Positions 1 to 8,810 of a stretch of 23,085 bases of DNA are shown one piece after another. The translations under genes and the position numbers were made by a program. The notes beneath the pieces are model-generated. The model made no database searches. It was not told where the DNA came from and saw only the letters and a list, made by a program, of their open reading frames with translations. Position 1 is the first letter of the stretch; each line of letters begins with the position of its first letter. The stretch spans positions 1-23,085 of the forward strand of contig JAJPHT010000049.1 of NCBI GenBank assembly GCA_021325135.1, written 5' to 3'. This DNA comes from Pseudomonadota bacterium (lineage in GTDB: Archaea; Thermoplasmatota; SW-10-69-26; JACQPN01; JAJPHT01).

Positions 1-1
1 G

Positions 2-901
2 AACTCCGGAGTGACGATCTCCTACACCGGCGGCGGCTCGGGCAAGGGCCGCGGCGACATCACCAAGAACCTCGTGGACTTCGCGGGCAGCGACGCGCCC
101 ATGAGCGCGGCCGAGCAGGCCAACGCCACCGATGTGCTCCACGTCCCCGTGGCGGCCGGCGGCGTGGCCATCGCGTACAACGTCCCCGAGGTCGGGACGA
201 CGCCCCTGAAGTTCGACGGCGACACGATCGCGAAGATGTTCATGGGCACCATCACCAAGTGGAACGATCCCGCGCTCCAGGCGCTCAACCCCGGCGTCAG
301 CCTGCCCGCGCAGGACATCGCCGTCGTGCACCGCAGCGACGGCAGCGGCACCACCGCGACGTTCACCGACTACCTCGTGAAGGTCAGCCCTGACTGGGCT
401 TCGAAGGTCGGCAAGGGCAGCACGGTCAACTGGCCCGTGGGCACCGGCGCCAACGGCAACCCGGGCGTCGGCAGCCAGGTGCAGCAGATCCCCTACACGG
501 TGGGCTACGTCGGCGCGGAGTGGGGCAACGTCAGCCAGCTCCAGACGGGCGTCGTCAAGAACAAGGCGGGCAGCTTCGTCGCGCCCACGCCCGACAAGGT
601 GAGCGCCGCCCTGGACGCCGCCGTCGGCGCGGGCGCCTTCGACGAGAACCTCAAGGGGAGCGCCACCGACCAGGCCGGCGCCAACAGCTACCCCATCACG
701 GCCGTGACGTGGATGCTCGTCCACCAGCACCAGGCCGACGCCGCCAAGGGCAAGGCGCTGGCCGCGTTCGCGTGGTACGTGCTCCACGACGGGCAGGCGT
801 TGAACAACGGGCTCAACTACGCGCCCGTCCCCGCCAGCATCGTCGCCAAGGCCGAGGGGCTCGTCAACAAGATGGACTCCAACGGGCAGCCCCTCCGCTG
901 A
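2..901 (+). CDS. pstS: Phosphate ABC transporter substrate-binding protein PstS (5'-truncated by window edge)
   Basis: Motifs YTGGGSGKG, VDFAGSDAPM, HRSDGSGTT and YPIT; the frame is open to the window start; first gene of a pstCAB-phoU run. Confidence 0.96.
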   Translation, partial: NSGVTISYTGGGSGKGRGDITKNLVDFAGSDAPMSAAEQANATDVLHVPVAAGGVAIAYNVPEVGTTPLKFDGDTIAKMFMGTITKWNDPALQALNPGVSLPAQDIAVVHRSDGSGTTATFTDYLVKVSPDWASKVGKGSTVNWPVGTGANGNPGVGSQVQQIPYTVGYVGAEWGNVSQLQTGVVKNKAGSFVAPTPDKVSAALDAAVGAGAFDENLKGSATDQAGANSYPITAVTWMLVHQHQADAAKGKALAAFAWYVLHDGQALNNGLNYAPVPASIVAKAEGLVNKMDSNGQPLR

Positions 902-902
902 G

Positions 903-1853
903 GTGAGCGCCCTGGGACGCCGGGAGCACGCCGTGGACAGGACGACCCGCTACGCGCTGGGCGCCCTCGCCGCGGCCATCGCGCTCGTCTTCGCCGCGAT
1001 CCTCGGCGTCCTCCTCTCCCACTCCGTGGAGGCCCTGCGCTACAGCGGCTTCCGCCTGGTGACGGGCACCACGTGGGACCCCGTGAACGGGTCGTACGGC
1101 GCGTGGGGCTTCGTCTTCGGCACGCTGGTCACGAGCCTGCTGGCCCTGCTCCTCGCGGTGCCCGTGGGCATCGCGGTCGCGCTCTTCCTCACCGAGCTTG
1201 CCCCGCGCTGGCTGCGCGCGCCCATGGGCATCCTCGTCGAGCTTCTCGCGGGCGTGCCCAGCCTCGTGTACGGCATGTGGGGCGTCTTCGTCATGGCGCC
1301 CCTCCTGCGCAAGCCCGTGGAGCCGTGGCTCGACTCCCACGTCGCCCACATGTGGGGCCACCCGATCCCCGTGCTATCGTTCCTCTTCAGCGGCCCCAAG
1401 ATCGGCCTGGGCTTCCTGCTGGCGGGCATCGTGCTCGCGATCATGATCCTCCCCACCATCGTCGCCATCTCGCGCGACGCCCTCCTCGCGGTGCCGCGCC
1501 TGGAGCGCGAGGCCGCCTATGCTCTCGGCGCCACGCGCTGGGAGGTGGCGCGCAACGCGCTGCGCAGCGCGAAGGCCGGCGTCTTCGCCGCGAGCACGCT
1601 GGGCCTGGGCCGCGCGCTGGGCGAGACCATCGCCGTGACGCTGGTCATCGGCAACGTCGCCACCGTCGCGCTGCGCCTCTTCGCGCCGGGCCAGACCATC
1701 GCGTCGACCCTCGCGACGCAGCTCAACGAGGCGACCGAGCCCCTCTTCGTGAGCAGCCTCATCGCGCTGGCGCTCATCCTCTTCGTGCTGACGCTCCTCG
1801 TGAACCTGGGCGCGCGCCTCGCCATCGAGCGCCCCTGGAGGCGGTCCGCGTGA
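903..1853 (+). CDS. pstC: Phosphate ABC transporter permease PstC
   Basis: Hydrophobic protein with [30 protein letters not shown] (EAA loop) and [10 protein letters not shown]. Confidence 0.96.
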   Translation: MSALGRREHAVDRTTRYALGALAAAIALVFAAILGVLLSHSVEALRYSGFRLVTGTTWDPVNGSYGAWGFVFGTLVTSLLALLLAVPVGIAVALFLTELAPRWLRAPMGILVELLAGVPSLVYGMWGVFVMAPLLRKPVEPWLDSHVAHMWGHPIPVLSFLFSGPKIGLGFLLAGIVLAIMILPTIVAISRDALLAVPRLEREAAYALGATRWEVARNALRSAKAGVFAASTLGLGRALGETIAVTLVIGNVATVALRLFAPGQTIASTLATQLNEATEPLFVSSLIALALILFVLTLLVNLGARLAIERPWRRSA

Positions 1854-2689
1854 CGTCCTTCTGGCGCAAGGCGCGCAACCACTCGTTCACCCTCCTCGCG
1901 GGCCTCGCGTGCGCGCTGGCCCTCGTCCCCCTGGTGAGCATCACCTGGTACGTCGCGGCGCGCGGCATCCCGGCCCTCTCGTGGAGCTTCCTCACCCACG
2001 CGCCCACCGCGCCCGACGACCCGGCCTCGGGCATCGGCCCCGCCCTCGCGGGAACGGGGCTCCTGGTGCTCCTGGCGGGCGTCCTGGGCATCCCCCTGGG
2101 CATCGCGGGGGGCATGTGGCTCGCGGAGCACGGGCGCAACGCGCGGGGCAGCGCGTTCCGCATGGTGCTCGACGCCATGGCCGCGACGCCCAGCATCGTG
2201 ACGGGCATCTTCGTCTTCACCATCGTCGTCATCCCGCAGGGGCACTTCAGCGCCTTCGCGGGCGGCATCGCCCTCGCGCTCATGATCGTGCCCGTGGTCG
2301 CGCGCACCACGGAGATCGCGCTGCGCGGCGTCCCCGACTCCTTGCGCGAGGCCGGCGTCGCGCTGGGCGCCACCCACACGCGCACGCTCTTCCGCGTGGC
2401 GCTCCCCGCCGCGCGCACGGGCATCCTCACGGGCTCCATCCTCGCCACCGCGCGCGTCGCGGGCGAGACGGCGCCCCTCCTCTTCACCGCGCTCTACGCG
2501 CAGCAGTGGGTCCACAGCCTGGGCAAGCCCATCGCGGCCCTCCCCACGCTCATCTTCAACTACATCCAGCAGCCCTACCCGTCCCTGCAGCAGCAGGCGT
2601 GGGGCGCGGCGTTCCTCCTCTTCGTCCTCGTCTTCGGCGCCAACATCGTCGTGCGCGTGTCGTCCCACCTCCGGAGCCGCCAACCATGA
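1850..2689 (+). CDS. pstA: Phosphate ABC transporter permease PstA
   Basis: GTG at 1850 overlaps the pstC stop (GTGA). Motifs [39 protein letters not shown] and AWGAA. The longer ORF-track start at 1073 lies inside pstC. Confidence 0.95.
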   Translation: MTSFWRKARNHSFTLLAGLACALALVPLVSITWYVAARGIPALSWSFLTHAPTAPDDPASGIGPALAGTGLLVLLAGVLGIPLGIAGGMWLAEHGRNARGSAFRMVLDAMAATPSIVTGIFVFTIVVIPQGHFSAFAGGIALALMIVPVVARTTEIALRGVPDSLREAGVALGATHTRTLFRVALPAARTGILTGSILATARVAGETAPLLFTALYAQQWVHSLGKPIAALPTLIFNYIQQPYPSLQQQAWGAAFLLFVLVFGANIVVRVSSHLRSRQP

Positions 2690-3441
2690 AGACCATCATC
2701 GAATCCAAGGGGCTCCGCGTGGCCTTCGGCCAGAAGGAGGTGCTCCACGGCGTCGACCTCGCCATCCCTGAGGCCGAGATCACCGCCATCATCGGGCCCT
2801 CCGGCTGCGGAAAGAGCACGTTCCTGCGCGCGCTCAACCTCATGCACGACCTCACGCCCAGCGCGCGGATCACGGGCGAGGTCGTCTTCGACGGGCGCAA
2901 CATCTACGACCCGGGCGTCGACCCCGTGGACCTGCGGCGCCGCATCGGCATGGTCTTCCAGAAGCCCAACCCCTTCCCCACCATGAGCGTGTTCGACAAC
3001 GTGGCCTTCGGGCCGCGCCTGCTGGGCCTCACGCGCGACGAGGTCCACAAGCGCGTCGAGGAGAGCCTCAAGAAGGCCGCCATCTGGGAGGAGACGAAGG
3101 ACCGCCTCCGCGCGCCGGCCACCGACCTCTCGGGCGGCCAGCAGCAGCGCCTCTGCATCGCGCGCGCCCTGGCGGTCAAGCCCGAGATCCTCCTCCTCGA
3201 CGAGCCCACCAGCGCGCTCGACCCCATCGCCACGGCAAAGATCGAGGACCTCCTGGGCGAGCTGAAGAAGGAGGTCACCGTGGTCATCGTCACGCACAAC
3301 ATGCAGCAGGCCGCGCGCGCCAGCGACAACACGGCGTACTTCCTCAACGGCGACCTCGTCGAGCACGGGCCCACCGAGCGGCTCTTCGAGAACCCCAAGG
3401 ACGAGCGCACCGAGGCGTACATCACCGGGAGGTTTGGATGA
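2686..3441 (+). CDS. pstB: Phosphate ABC transporter ATP-binding protein PstB
   Basis: ATG at 2686 overlaps the pstA stop (ATGA). Walker [46 protein letters not shown] and C-terminal YITGRFG. Confidence 0.97.
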   Translation: MKTIIESKGLRVAFGQKEVLHGVDLAIPEAEITAIIGPSGCGKSTFLRALNLMHDLTPSARITGEVVFDGRNIYDPGVDPVDLRRRIGMVFQKPNPFPTMSVFDNVAFGPRLLGLTRDEVHKRVEESLKKAAIWEETKDRLRAPATDLSGGQQQRLCIARALAVKPEILLLDEPTSALDPIATAKIEDLLGELKKEVTVVIVTHNMQQAARASDNTAYFLNGDLVEHGPTERLFENPKDERTEAYITGRFG

Positions 3442-4100
3442 TGGAGAGGACGTTCCACAAGGACATCGAGGACCTGGGCGCCAGGGTGGTCCGCATGGCG
3501 GAGCTGTCGCGCAAGAGCGTGTTCGACGGCGTCGAGGCCTTCGCCGCGCTGGACGCGGAGGCCGCGCGGCGCGTCATCGCGTTCAACCAGGAGATCAACA
3601 AGGCCGACGTGGGCATCGAGGCGCGCGCCCTGGACCTCATCGCGCTCCACCAGCCCATGGCCAAGGACCTGCGCGCGCTGGGCGCGTCGCTGAAGATCAT
3701 CACGTACCTCGACCGCATCGGGCGCTACGGGTACGACATCGCCAAGGCCACGCTCGCGCTGGAGGGCAAGAGCCACGTCCGCAGGCTCGTGGGCATCCCC
3801 ATCATGCGCGACAAGGCGCTCGCTCTCCTGGACAAGAGCGTGGACGCGTTCCGCGGGCGCGACGCCGCGAAGGCGCGCGAGGTGCAGCCCGCCGACGACG
3901 AGGTGGACGCGCTCTACGAGCAGATCTTCCGCGAGTGCCTCACCTACATGATCGAGGAGCCGCGCACCATCACGCAGTGCACGCAGTACATCCTCGTCGC
4001 GCGCCACCTGGAGCGCGTGGGCGACAACGCGGGCAAGATCGCCGAGAAGACGATCTACATGGTGACGGGCGAGCGCCGCCTCGACCCCTCCGTAGCGTGA
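3438..4100 (+). CDS. phoU: Phosphate signalling complex protein PhoU
   Basis: [21 protein letters not shown] and LERVGD..KIAE repeat motifs; ATGA overlap with pstB. Confidence 0.95.
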   Translation: MMERTFHKDIEDLGARVVRMAELSRKSVFDGVEAFAALDAEAARRVIAFNQEINKADVGIEARALDLIALHQPMAKDLRALGASLKIITYLDRIGRYGYDIAKATLALEGKSHVRRLVGIPIMRDKALALLDKSVDAFRGRDAAKAREVQPADDEVDALYEQIFRECLTYMIEEPRTITQCTQYILVARHLERVGDNAGKIAEKTIYMVTGERRLDPSVA

Positions 4101-4180
4101 GCGGCGCCCTCTGATCCCACCTGAGGCCACCGGAACCTCGGGAGGGGGCCTTGAAGGGGCCCGTGGCCCCACCGGGGGGC

Positions 4181-4402
4181 ATGCCCCGCGGCCCCCTCCG
4201 CATCGACCTGCGCGAGCCCTACCGCGCGCGCCTCTCCCCTGTCCCGGAGAGCGTGAACATCCCCCTGGGCGTGCTGCTGGCCGAGCCCGAGCGGCTGCGC
4301 CCCGGCGAGCGCGTCGTCATGCTCTCCGACCGGCCCGAGCAGGCGGACTTCGCCGCGCGCCACTTCCGCGAGCGCGGCGTCGACGCCATCGCCCAGCCGT
4401 AG
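4181..4402 (+). CDS. Small rhodanese-like domain protein lacking the catalytic Cys
   Basis: IDLREP...PESVNIPL...VVMLS..ADFAARHFRERG follows the rhodanese pattern (iDvRep..ipgavnIPl..vvvyC..a..L...G) with Ser at the Cys position. TTGAAG box at 4151-4156. Confidence 0.65.
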   Translation: MPRGPLRIDLREPYRARLSPVPESVNIPLGVLLAEPERLRPGERVVMLSDRPEQADFAARHFRERGVDAIAQP

Positions 4403-4456
4403 CGTCTCGCACGGGTTCGGCCCCACGTCGATGATCCCCGGCGCCAAAGAGGGGCC

Positions 4457-5149
4457 ATGACGATCCCGGCAGCCGCCCTCGGGGAAGCCGCGACGCTCCC
4501 CTTCGCCCGCATCGTGGTCGCGACCGACGGCGGCCTCGCCAGCGCGCACGCCCTGGCCTGGACGCGGGCGCTGGCCTCCGCCGCGGGCGGGCGCGTGTGG
4601 CTCCTCCACGTGCGCCAGCGGCCCGGCCCCGCGGACCGGCCCGCGGCGGAGCGCGTGCTCCTCGACGCCGAGTCGACGCTGGGCATGCCCGCCGTCCACG
4701 GCCTCTTCGGCTACGGCGCGCCGGCCCCGGAGATCCTGGGTCTCGCGGGCTCCGTGAAGGCGCGCCTCCTCGTCCTGGGCGTCCAGGGGGCCCTGGACCC
4801 GGTGGCGGAGGCCGTCGCGGCCGCGTCCGGGTGCAGCGTCCTCCTGGCGCGCGGCGCGCCTCCCCCGCGCCGCGTCGCGGTGCTCCCCCTCGCCTCGCCC
4901 CAGGGGCGCCGCGCCGCCGGCATGGGCCTCGCCCTCGCGCGGACCCTGGGGGTCCCCGGCACCCTGCTGGCCGGGGCGCCCTCGACGGGGGCCGGCATCG
5001 TGGAGGCCACGCGCCTCGCCGGGGCCGACCTCCTGGTCCTCAGCGCGCGGGGCGCCGGCCGCGGCCGGGGCACGGTGCTGGACGCCGCCGCCCGCGACGT
5101 CGCCTCCCAGGCGAGCAGCAGCGTGCTCGTGCTCAAGGACCGCTTGTAG
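4457..5149 (+). CDS. Universal stress protein (two USP domains)
   Basis: N-terminal FARIVVATDG..AHALAW, LLHV and G.PAPEIL; second domain ADLLVLSARG...GTV..DVASQASSSVLV. Confidence 0.85.
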   Translation: MTIPAAALGEAATLPFARIVVATDGGLASAHALAWTRALASAAGGRVWLLHVRQRPGPADRPAAERVLLDAESTLGMPAVHGLFGYGAPAPEILGLAGSVKARLLVLGVQGALDPVAEAVAAASGCSVLLARGAPPPRRVAVLPLASPQGRRAAGMGLALARTLGVPGTLLAGAPSTGAGIVEATRLAGADLLVLSARGAGRGRGTVLDAAARDVASQASSSVLVLKDRL

Positions 5150-5303
5150 GGCCCGGCAAACGGCGTCAAGACATCTTGCATAGGGGGAGGGCCCATCTCC
5201 CCGCGGCGGCGGGCCCGTTGTGCCCCAAGTCCGGGACGCCGCCTCTCCGTCTCCCCGGCGCGACCTCCCGCGCAGTTCAAGTGGCCGGGCGCCAAGCCCC
5301 AGG

Positions 5304-6377
5304 ATGGTCATGGCCACGCACCAGCCCCTCCCTGCAGGGGCCAGCGCCGGCGCCCCGCCGGCCCCCCTCCAGCCCGGCCCAGCGCCCCCAGGCGCGGCCC
5401 TGGCCCGCTGGCACTACGTGGACGACCGCCAGACCCACGAGGTCCACGCCGGCTTCCGCCAGTCCCCCCGCCAGGAGTTCGTCGTCCGCGAGATGGCCTA
5501 CGGCAACGCCGACCCGGACCAGGTCGTGGAGTCCGCCTACCCCATCGCGGCCGCGTGGGAGGCGCGGCTCCACCACATGGAGCTGGAGGCGCGCCTCGCG
5601 ATGCTGGGAAGCTACTGGCGCCACGACGCCCAGGCGGGCCCCGGCTGGACGAAGGTCAAGTCGCTGGGCGCCGCGGCCGACCTGCGCCCCGTGCAGGAGG
5701 CCTTGGTGCATGGCGAGGCGCGCGTCTATCATTTCCACCACCGCGCGACGGGCGACGACGCCGTCATCCTGGAGATCCCGCCCCGCGGCGGCGAGCCCCG
5801 CGGCTTCCTGGCCCGCATGGACTTCCGCTGGCCCGACGCGGAGACGGGCGCCATCCGCATCCTCGCCAAGGGCGTCCCCGCCGTGCTCCTGCGAAGCGTG
5901 CTGGCGCGCGAGCACATGGACCTCCAGGCGCGCGGCCACGAGAAGCTCGTCTTCACGCAGGACTTCCTGCGCGCCCACAAGCAGGGGTGGAAGCGCGACA
6001 CGCTGGAGGCCTACCAGACCATGCTACGCCGCATCTCTGAAGGGCGGCTGGAGAAGCCCAAGCCGGGCGAGCCCGCGCCGCTTCCGGCCGACTCCACGTA
6101 CACCGACTTCCTCGCCTCCCTCACCGACCCCCGCGTCCTCGCGCTCCACGCGCGCTTCCTGGAGCCGGGCGAGGAGGCCGAGCTGATCCGCGCGGGCGAG
6201 GTCGCCATCAAGCGCGCCATCCAGCAGAAGCGGCAGGGCAAGCCCCCGGCCGACCAGATCTTCCTCAACGTCCTGGAGGCCAGCCTCCTCGCCCGCGCGG
6301 GCATGCGTCCGGGCCAGCGCGCGCACGTCGACCCCGAGGTCGCCGCCATGGTGCGGCGCTTCGCGTACTACCTCTGA
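5304..6377 (+). CDS. Hypothetical soluble protein (~357 aa), no family recognised
   Basis: Long ORF with typical GC3 codon usage and globular composition. TTCAAG at 5276-5281 favours the ATG at 5304 (or 5310) over the track start at 5220. Confidence 0.8.
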   Translation: MVMATHQPLPAGASAGAPPAPLQPGPAPPGAALARWHYVDDRQTHEVHAGFRQSPRQEFVVREMAYGNADPDQVVESAYPIAAAWEARLHHMELEARLAMLGSYWRHDAQAGPGWTKVKSLGAAADLRPVQEALVHGEARVYHFHHRATGDDAVILEIPPRGGEPRGFLARMDFRWPDAETGAIRILAKGVPAVLLRSVLAREHMDLQARGHEKLVFTQDFLRAHKQGWKRDTLEAYQTMLRRISEGRLEKPKPGEPAPLPADSTYTDFLASLTDPRVLALHARFLEPGEEAELIRAGEVAIKRAIQQKRQGKPPADQIFLNVLEASLLARAGMRPGQRAHVDPEVAAMVRRFAYYL

Positions 6378-6772
6378 GCCTGCGCCGCGCCGCGCGCCTG
6401 GCCGTCCGCCTCGACGTTCGCGCTGCGGTCGACGCGCAGGACCTTCGCGCGCACTCCGCGCTGCGCCAGGCGCGCCAACACCTGCCGGCACGCCGCGCGC
6501 GCCTCCGCCGCCTCGCCCGACATGGAGGGGCGCCGCGACGCGAGCCCCTTCGCCACCAGCGCGCTGTCGGTGCGGATCTCCAGCGAGTCCCCCGGCTGGA
6601 GCGCCTCCTCGGCCCACGCAAGGGCCTCCCGCATCGCGCGCCACTCCGCGACGTGGCTCGGGCACGCGGGCAACGCGCCGCGCCGCACGACGTCGCCCGG
6701 GCGCGCGACGAACGCCCAGCCCGCCCCGTCCTCCCCCACGTAGCCGTCGGTCGAGAGGACGACGAGGGTCAC
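6368..6772 (-). CDS. rnhA: Ribonuclease HI family protein
   Basis: STDG, HVAEWRAM..AL, IRTDSALV and V.RSANVEADGQA give the D-E-D-D catalytic tetrad of type 1 RNase H. Confidence 0.85.
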   Translation of the reverse strand: MTLVVLSTDGYVGEDGAGWAFVARPGDVVRRGALPACPSHVAEWRAMREALAWAEEALQPGDSLEIRTDSALVAKGLASRRPSMSGEAAEARAACRQVLARLAQRGVRAKVLRVDRSANVEADGQARGAAQAQR

Positions 6773-6894
6773 GCCCTGCGGGTGGGGCGTGCAACCGCTT
6801 GGCCCTTCGCACGCGCCCGCCTCTTCGAGCCGCGTATCAGAAAGGCCATCCCGCGCGGGGGCAACCCTCCCTCAACCGGCGTCTCACGCCGGGA

Positions 6895-6978
6895 TCGCCC
6901 GCGCCCCCGCATGGCAACAGCCTCCCAGCCTCCAAGCAACAGCCTCCCCAAACAGCAATTCTGAGGGGGCGCGGGCGA
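6895..6978. repeat. Perfect 14-bp inverted repeat enclosing a 56-nt C/A-rich repetitive loop
   Basis: TCGCCCGCGCCCCC (6895-6908) / GGGGGCGCGGGCGA (6965-6978). The loop has CAGCCTCC three times and GCAACAGCCTCCC twice. Confidence 0.9.
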
Positions 6979-7135
6979 CAACTTTCCTCCCCTGGGACGA
7001 CTCCGACGAGCTTCCTCTTGCCCGAGGGGCTTGGGGGGTGGTTCTGGGGCGCTTGCTTTGCGCTTGCGCCGCTTCTGGTGCGGACTGGCCGTCGCAGGCC
7101 CAGGTGCGGCCCCACCGGAGGCCGGCCTCAGGTTG

Positions 7136-7157
7136 CGCAGGTGTGGCCACACCTGCG
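7136..7157. repeat. Perfect 22-bp palindrome
   Basis: CGCAGGTGTGGCCACACCTGCG equals its own reverse complement. Confidence 0.9.
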
Positions 7158-7353
7158 GCAGCGCCGCGCCGCCGCCAGCGCTTCCGCTGGTCCAGAGGCC
7201 GCTCCGTTCGCCCATCACTCGTCACGTCTGGGTGTCGGAGAACAAATTCTTCGTCATCGCGGCGGGGCCGGATGGCCCCGGCGTCGCAGGGCGCGCCTTC
7301 CACTTGAAGGCGCCCCCCGCACGTTCTTGGGAGGCGGGCGCCTTCGGGCCGGC

Positions 7354-7968
7354 GTGACCTTCGAGACCGTGCCCGTCGTCCACGTCGTGGCCGGGCGCTT
7401 CCCCGAGTACCCGGGCGCGGACCCGGAGCGCGCGCTGACGACGCTGGCGCGGAGGTTCGGCCGCGTCGCGCTGGTGGACGCCTCGGGCATCCAGGTCAAC
7501 GAGCCCCAGGTGGAGTTCATCCAGGACGCGTCGCGCCACCGCTCGCTCTGGGTGGACGCGGGCCCGCGCTATGCGACCGACGCCATGGACGTGCTGGTGG
7601 CGGGCGCGGAGACGGCGACGCTGCGCTGGAACACGCTCCGGGACGCGAAGGAGCTGGAGGAGGCGGCGGAGCTTGCGCAGGCGGGCTCCCTCTTCGTGGG
7701 GCTGGAGTACCCCAAGGGGCGCTTCCTGGCGAACCCGCGCGACGCGCGCTCCGCCGACGAGGTCGCGCAGCTGGCCGAGCGCCTGGGCGTCGGGCTCGTC
7801 TTCATCCTGGACGACCCCGAGGAGCCGGGGCTGCGCGCGCTGCCCCCCGCGCAGACGGCGCGCTGGGTGCAGGGCATCCCGCGCCGCCTCGCGGCGGAGG
7901 CGCAGGAGATGGGCTTCCAGGGCGCGCTCCTCGCGCCCGCGGAGCTTCCCCCGGAGGAGTCCGCCTGA
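7354..7968 (+). CDS. HisA/HisF-related TIM-barrel protein (probably not true HisA)
   Basis: VPVVHV, VALVD..GI, LWVDAGPR...DAMDVLVAGAE and LFVGLE match the HisA/HisF-like barrel layout. GTG at 7354; the upstream extension in the track looks non-coding. Confidence 0.75.
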   Translation: MTFETVPVVHVVAGRFPEYPGADPERALTTLARRFGRVALVDASGIQVNEPQVEFIQDASRHRSLWVDAGPRYATDAMDVLVAGAETATLRWNTLRDAKELEEAAELAQAGSLFVGLEYPKGRFLANPRDARSADEVAQLAERLGVGLVFILDDPEEPGLRALPPAQTARWVQGIPRRLAAEAQEMGFQGALLAPAELPPEESA

Positions 7969-8417
7969 GCGACCTGCTGCGGGCCGTCGCGTTCGCGTAC
8001 CAGCGCAAGGGCGCGCGCTCCATGCCTCGCATGGACCTGCACATGATCCTCTCCATGGACCTGCGCTGGTTCGCGCCCGAGGAGTCGAAGAAGGTCGTCG
8101 CCCGCGCGCTGGAGGGGGGCCTCGTCGTCGCGGAGGGGGACGCGCTCCGCGTCGCCTTCGACCCCGCGGCCGTGGAGGTGCCCCTGAGCTTCCGCCCGCA
8201 GGCCCGCGCGCTCCTGGAGGAGCCGCTCCCCGAGGTCCCCGCCCCGCGCGCGGCGCCACGCCCCGCGCCCGCCCGCGACGAGGAGGCCCACGCCGAGCGG
8301 GCGCGCCGCGGCGGCCTCCTCTCGCTGGAGGTCGCGAGGCTCGTGGTCGCGCGCCGCGCGGGCGAGGACGTGGCGCCCCGCCTGGCCGAGGCCGAGGCGT
8401 CGCTCCTGAAGCCCTAG
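7965..8417 (+). CDS. DUF2240 family protein (archaeal), probable CTG start
   Basis: xSDLLRAVAFAYQRKG...LSMDLRWFAPEESKKVV..A...GL...FDPAAVEVPLSFRP resembles DUF2240. The recognisable similarity begins 19 codons before the ATG at 8022, at a CTG overlapping the upstream stop. Confidence 0.8.
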   Translation: MSDLLRAVAFAYQRKGARSMPRMDLHMILSMDLRWFAPEESKKVVARALEGGLVVAEGDALRVAFDPAAVEVPLSFRPQARALLEEPLPEVPAPRAAPRPAPARDEEAHAERARRGGLLSLEVARLVVARRAGEDVAPRLAEAEASLLKP

Positions 8418-8719
8418 TCGGGCCGCTCCACGCGGAGGCTCAGCTCGGTCATCGTCGCGCGGAAGTAGCGCAACCCCTTCTCGCGCCTCTCCTCCAGCAG
8501 GGGCATCATCTTCTGGATGGCGACGCTCACGGTGCCGGGCGCCTCGCCGATGCGCTCCGCGATCTCCGAGAGGTACATCCACCCTTCCCCCTTGCGGCGG
8601 GCCCGCGCCAGCTCGCGCAGGATGGCGACGTTCACGCTGGCGCCCAGCATGCGGACGAGGCGGGCCACCTCGTCGGCCTCGCGGGTGAGGAGCCACTCGT
8701 CCTTCGCCATGCTTCCCAT
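8414..8719 (-). CDS. Small winged-helix (ArsR-like) transcriptional regulator
   Basis: NVAILREL...MYLSEIAERIGEAPGTVSVAIQKM..LLEERREKGLRYF is an HTH plus wing. Minus-strand TTCAAG (8746-8741) lies 21 nt before the ATG at 8719 (alternative start 8710). Confidence 0.85.
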   Translation of the reverse strand: MGSMAKDEWLLTREADEVARLVRMLGASVNVAILRELARARRKGEGWMYLSEIAERIGEAPGTVSVAIQKMMPLLEERREKGLRYFRATMTELSLRVERPD

Positions 8720-8740
8720 GGAGCCGATGGAGTCGCGCCA

Positions 8741-8798
8741 CTTGAAGGTATTGCGAGTACGTGAACATTGGATTTTGAAAAATCGCAAAATACTAAAT
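8741..8798. promoter_or_regulatory. AT-rich divergent promoter region with nested inverted repeats
   Basis: Minus-strand TTCAAG; plus-strand CGCAAAA-TACTAAAT (BRE/TATA-like); palindrome GATTTT-GA-AAAATC at 8771-8784; GTATTGCGA..TCGCAAAATAC. Confidence 0.6.
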
Positions 8799-8810
8799 GC
8801 GCGGCGCCAT

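Noticed and set aside
2-4100. pst-phoU operon as a novel system
   Set aside because: Canonical gene order and motifs; ordinary phosphate uptake.
6909-6964. Mini-CRISPR array
   Set aside because: Repeats are only 8-13 nt with no spacer-length unique sequence, and there are no cas genes.
6830-7020. RNase P RNA on the minus strand (GAGGAAAGTT, GAGGAAGCT)
   Set aside because: Resembles conserved region I only; no matching 3' ACAGAA..GGCTTA region or P4 pairing was found.
5304-7350. Retron/DRT-like system (RNase H, structured RNA, orphan)
   Set aside because: No reverse transcriptase (no YxDD-type RT motifs) in the window; RNase HI is a common housekeeping gene.
6769-7357. ORFs crossing the gap (6769-7218 -, 7031-7357 +, 6789-7307 +, and the 5' extension of 6799-7968)
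   Set aside because: Low-complexity Arg/Pro/Gly/Ala translations with atypical codon usage; their TGA overlaps arise automatically from GTGA starts.
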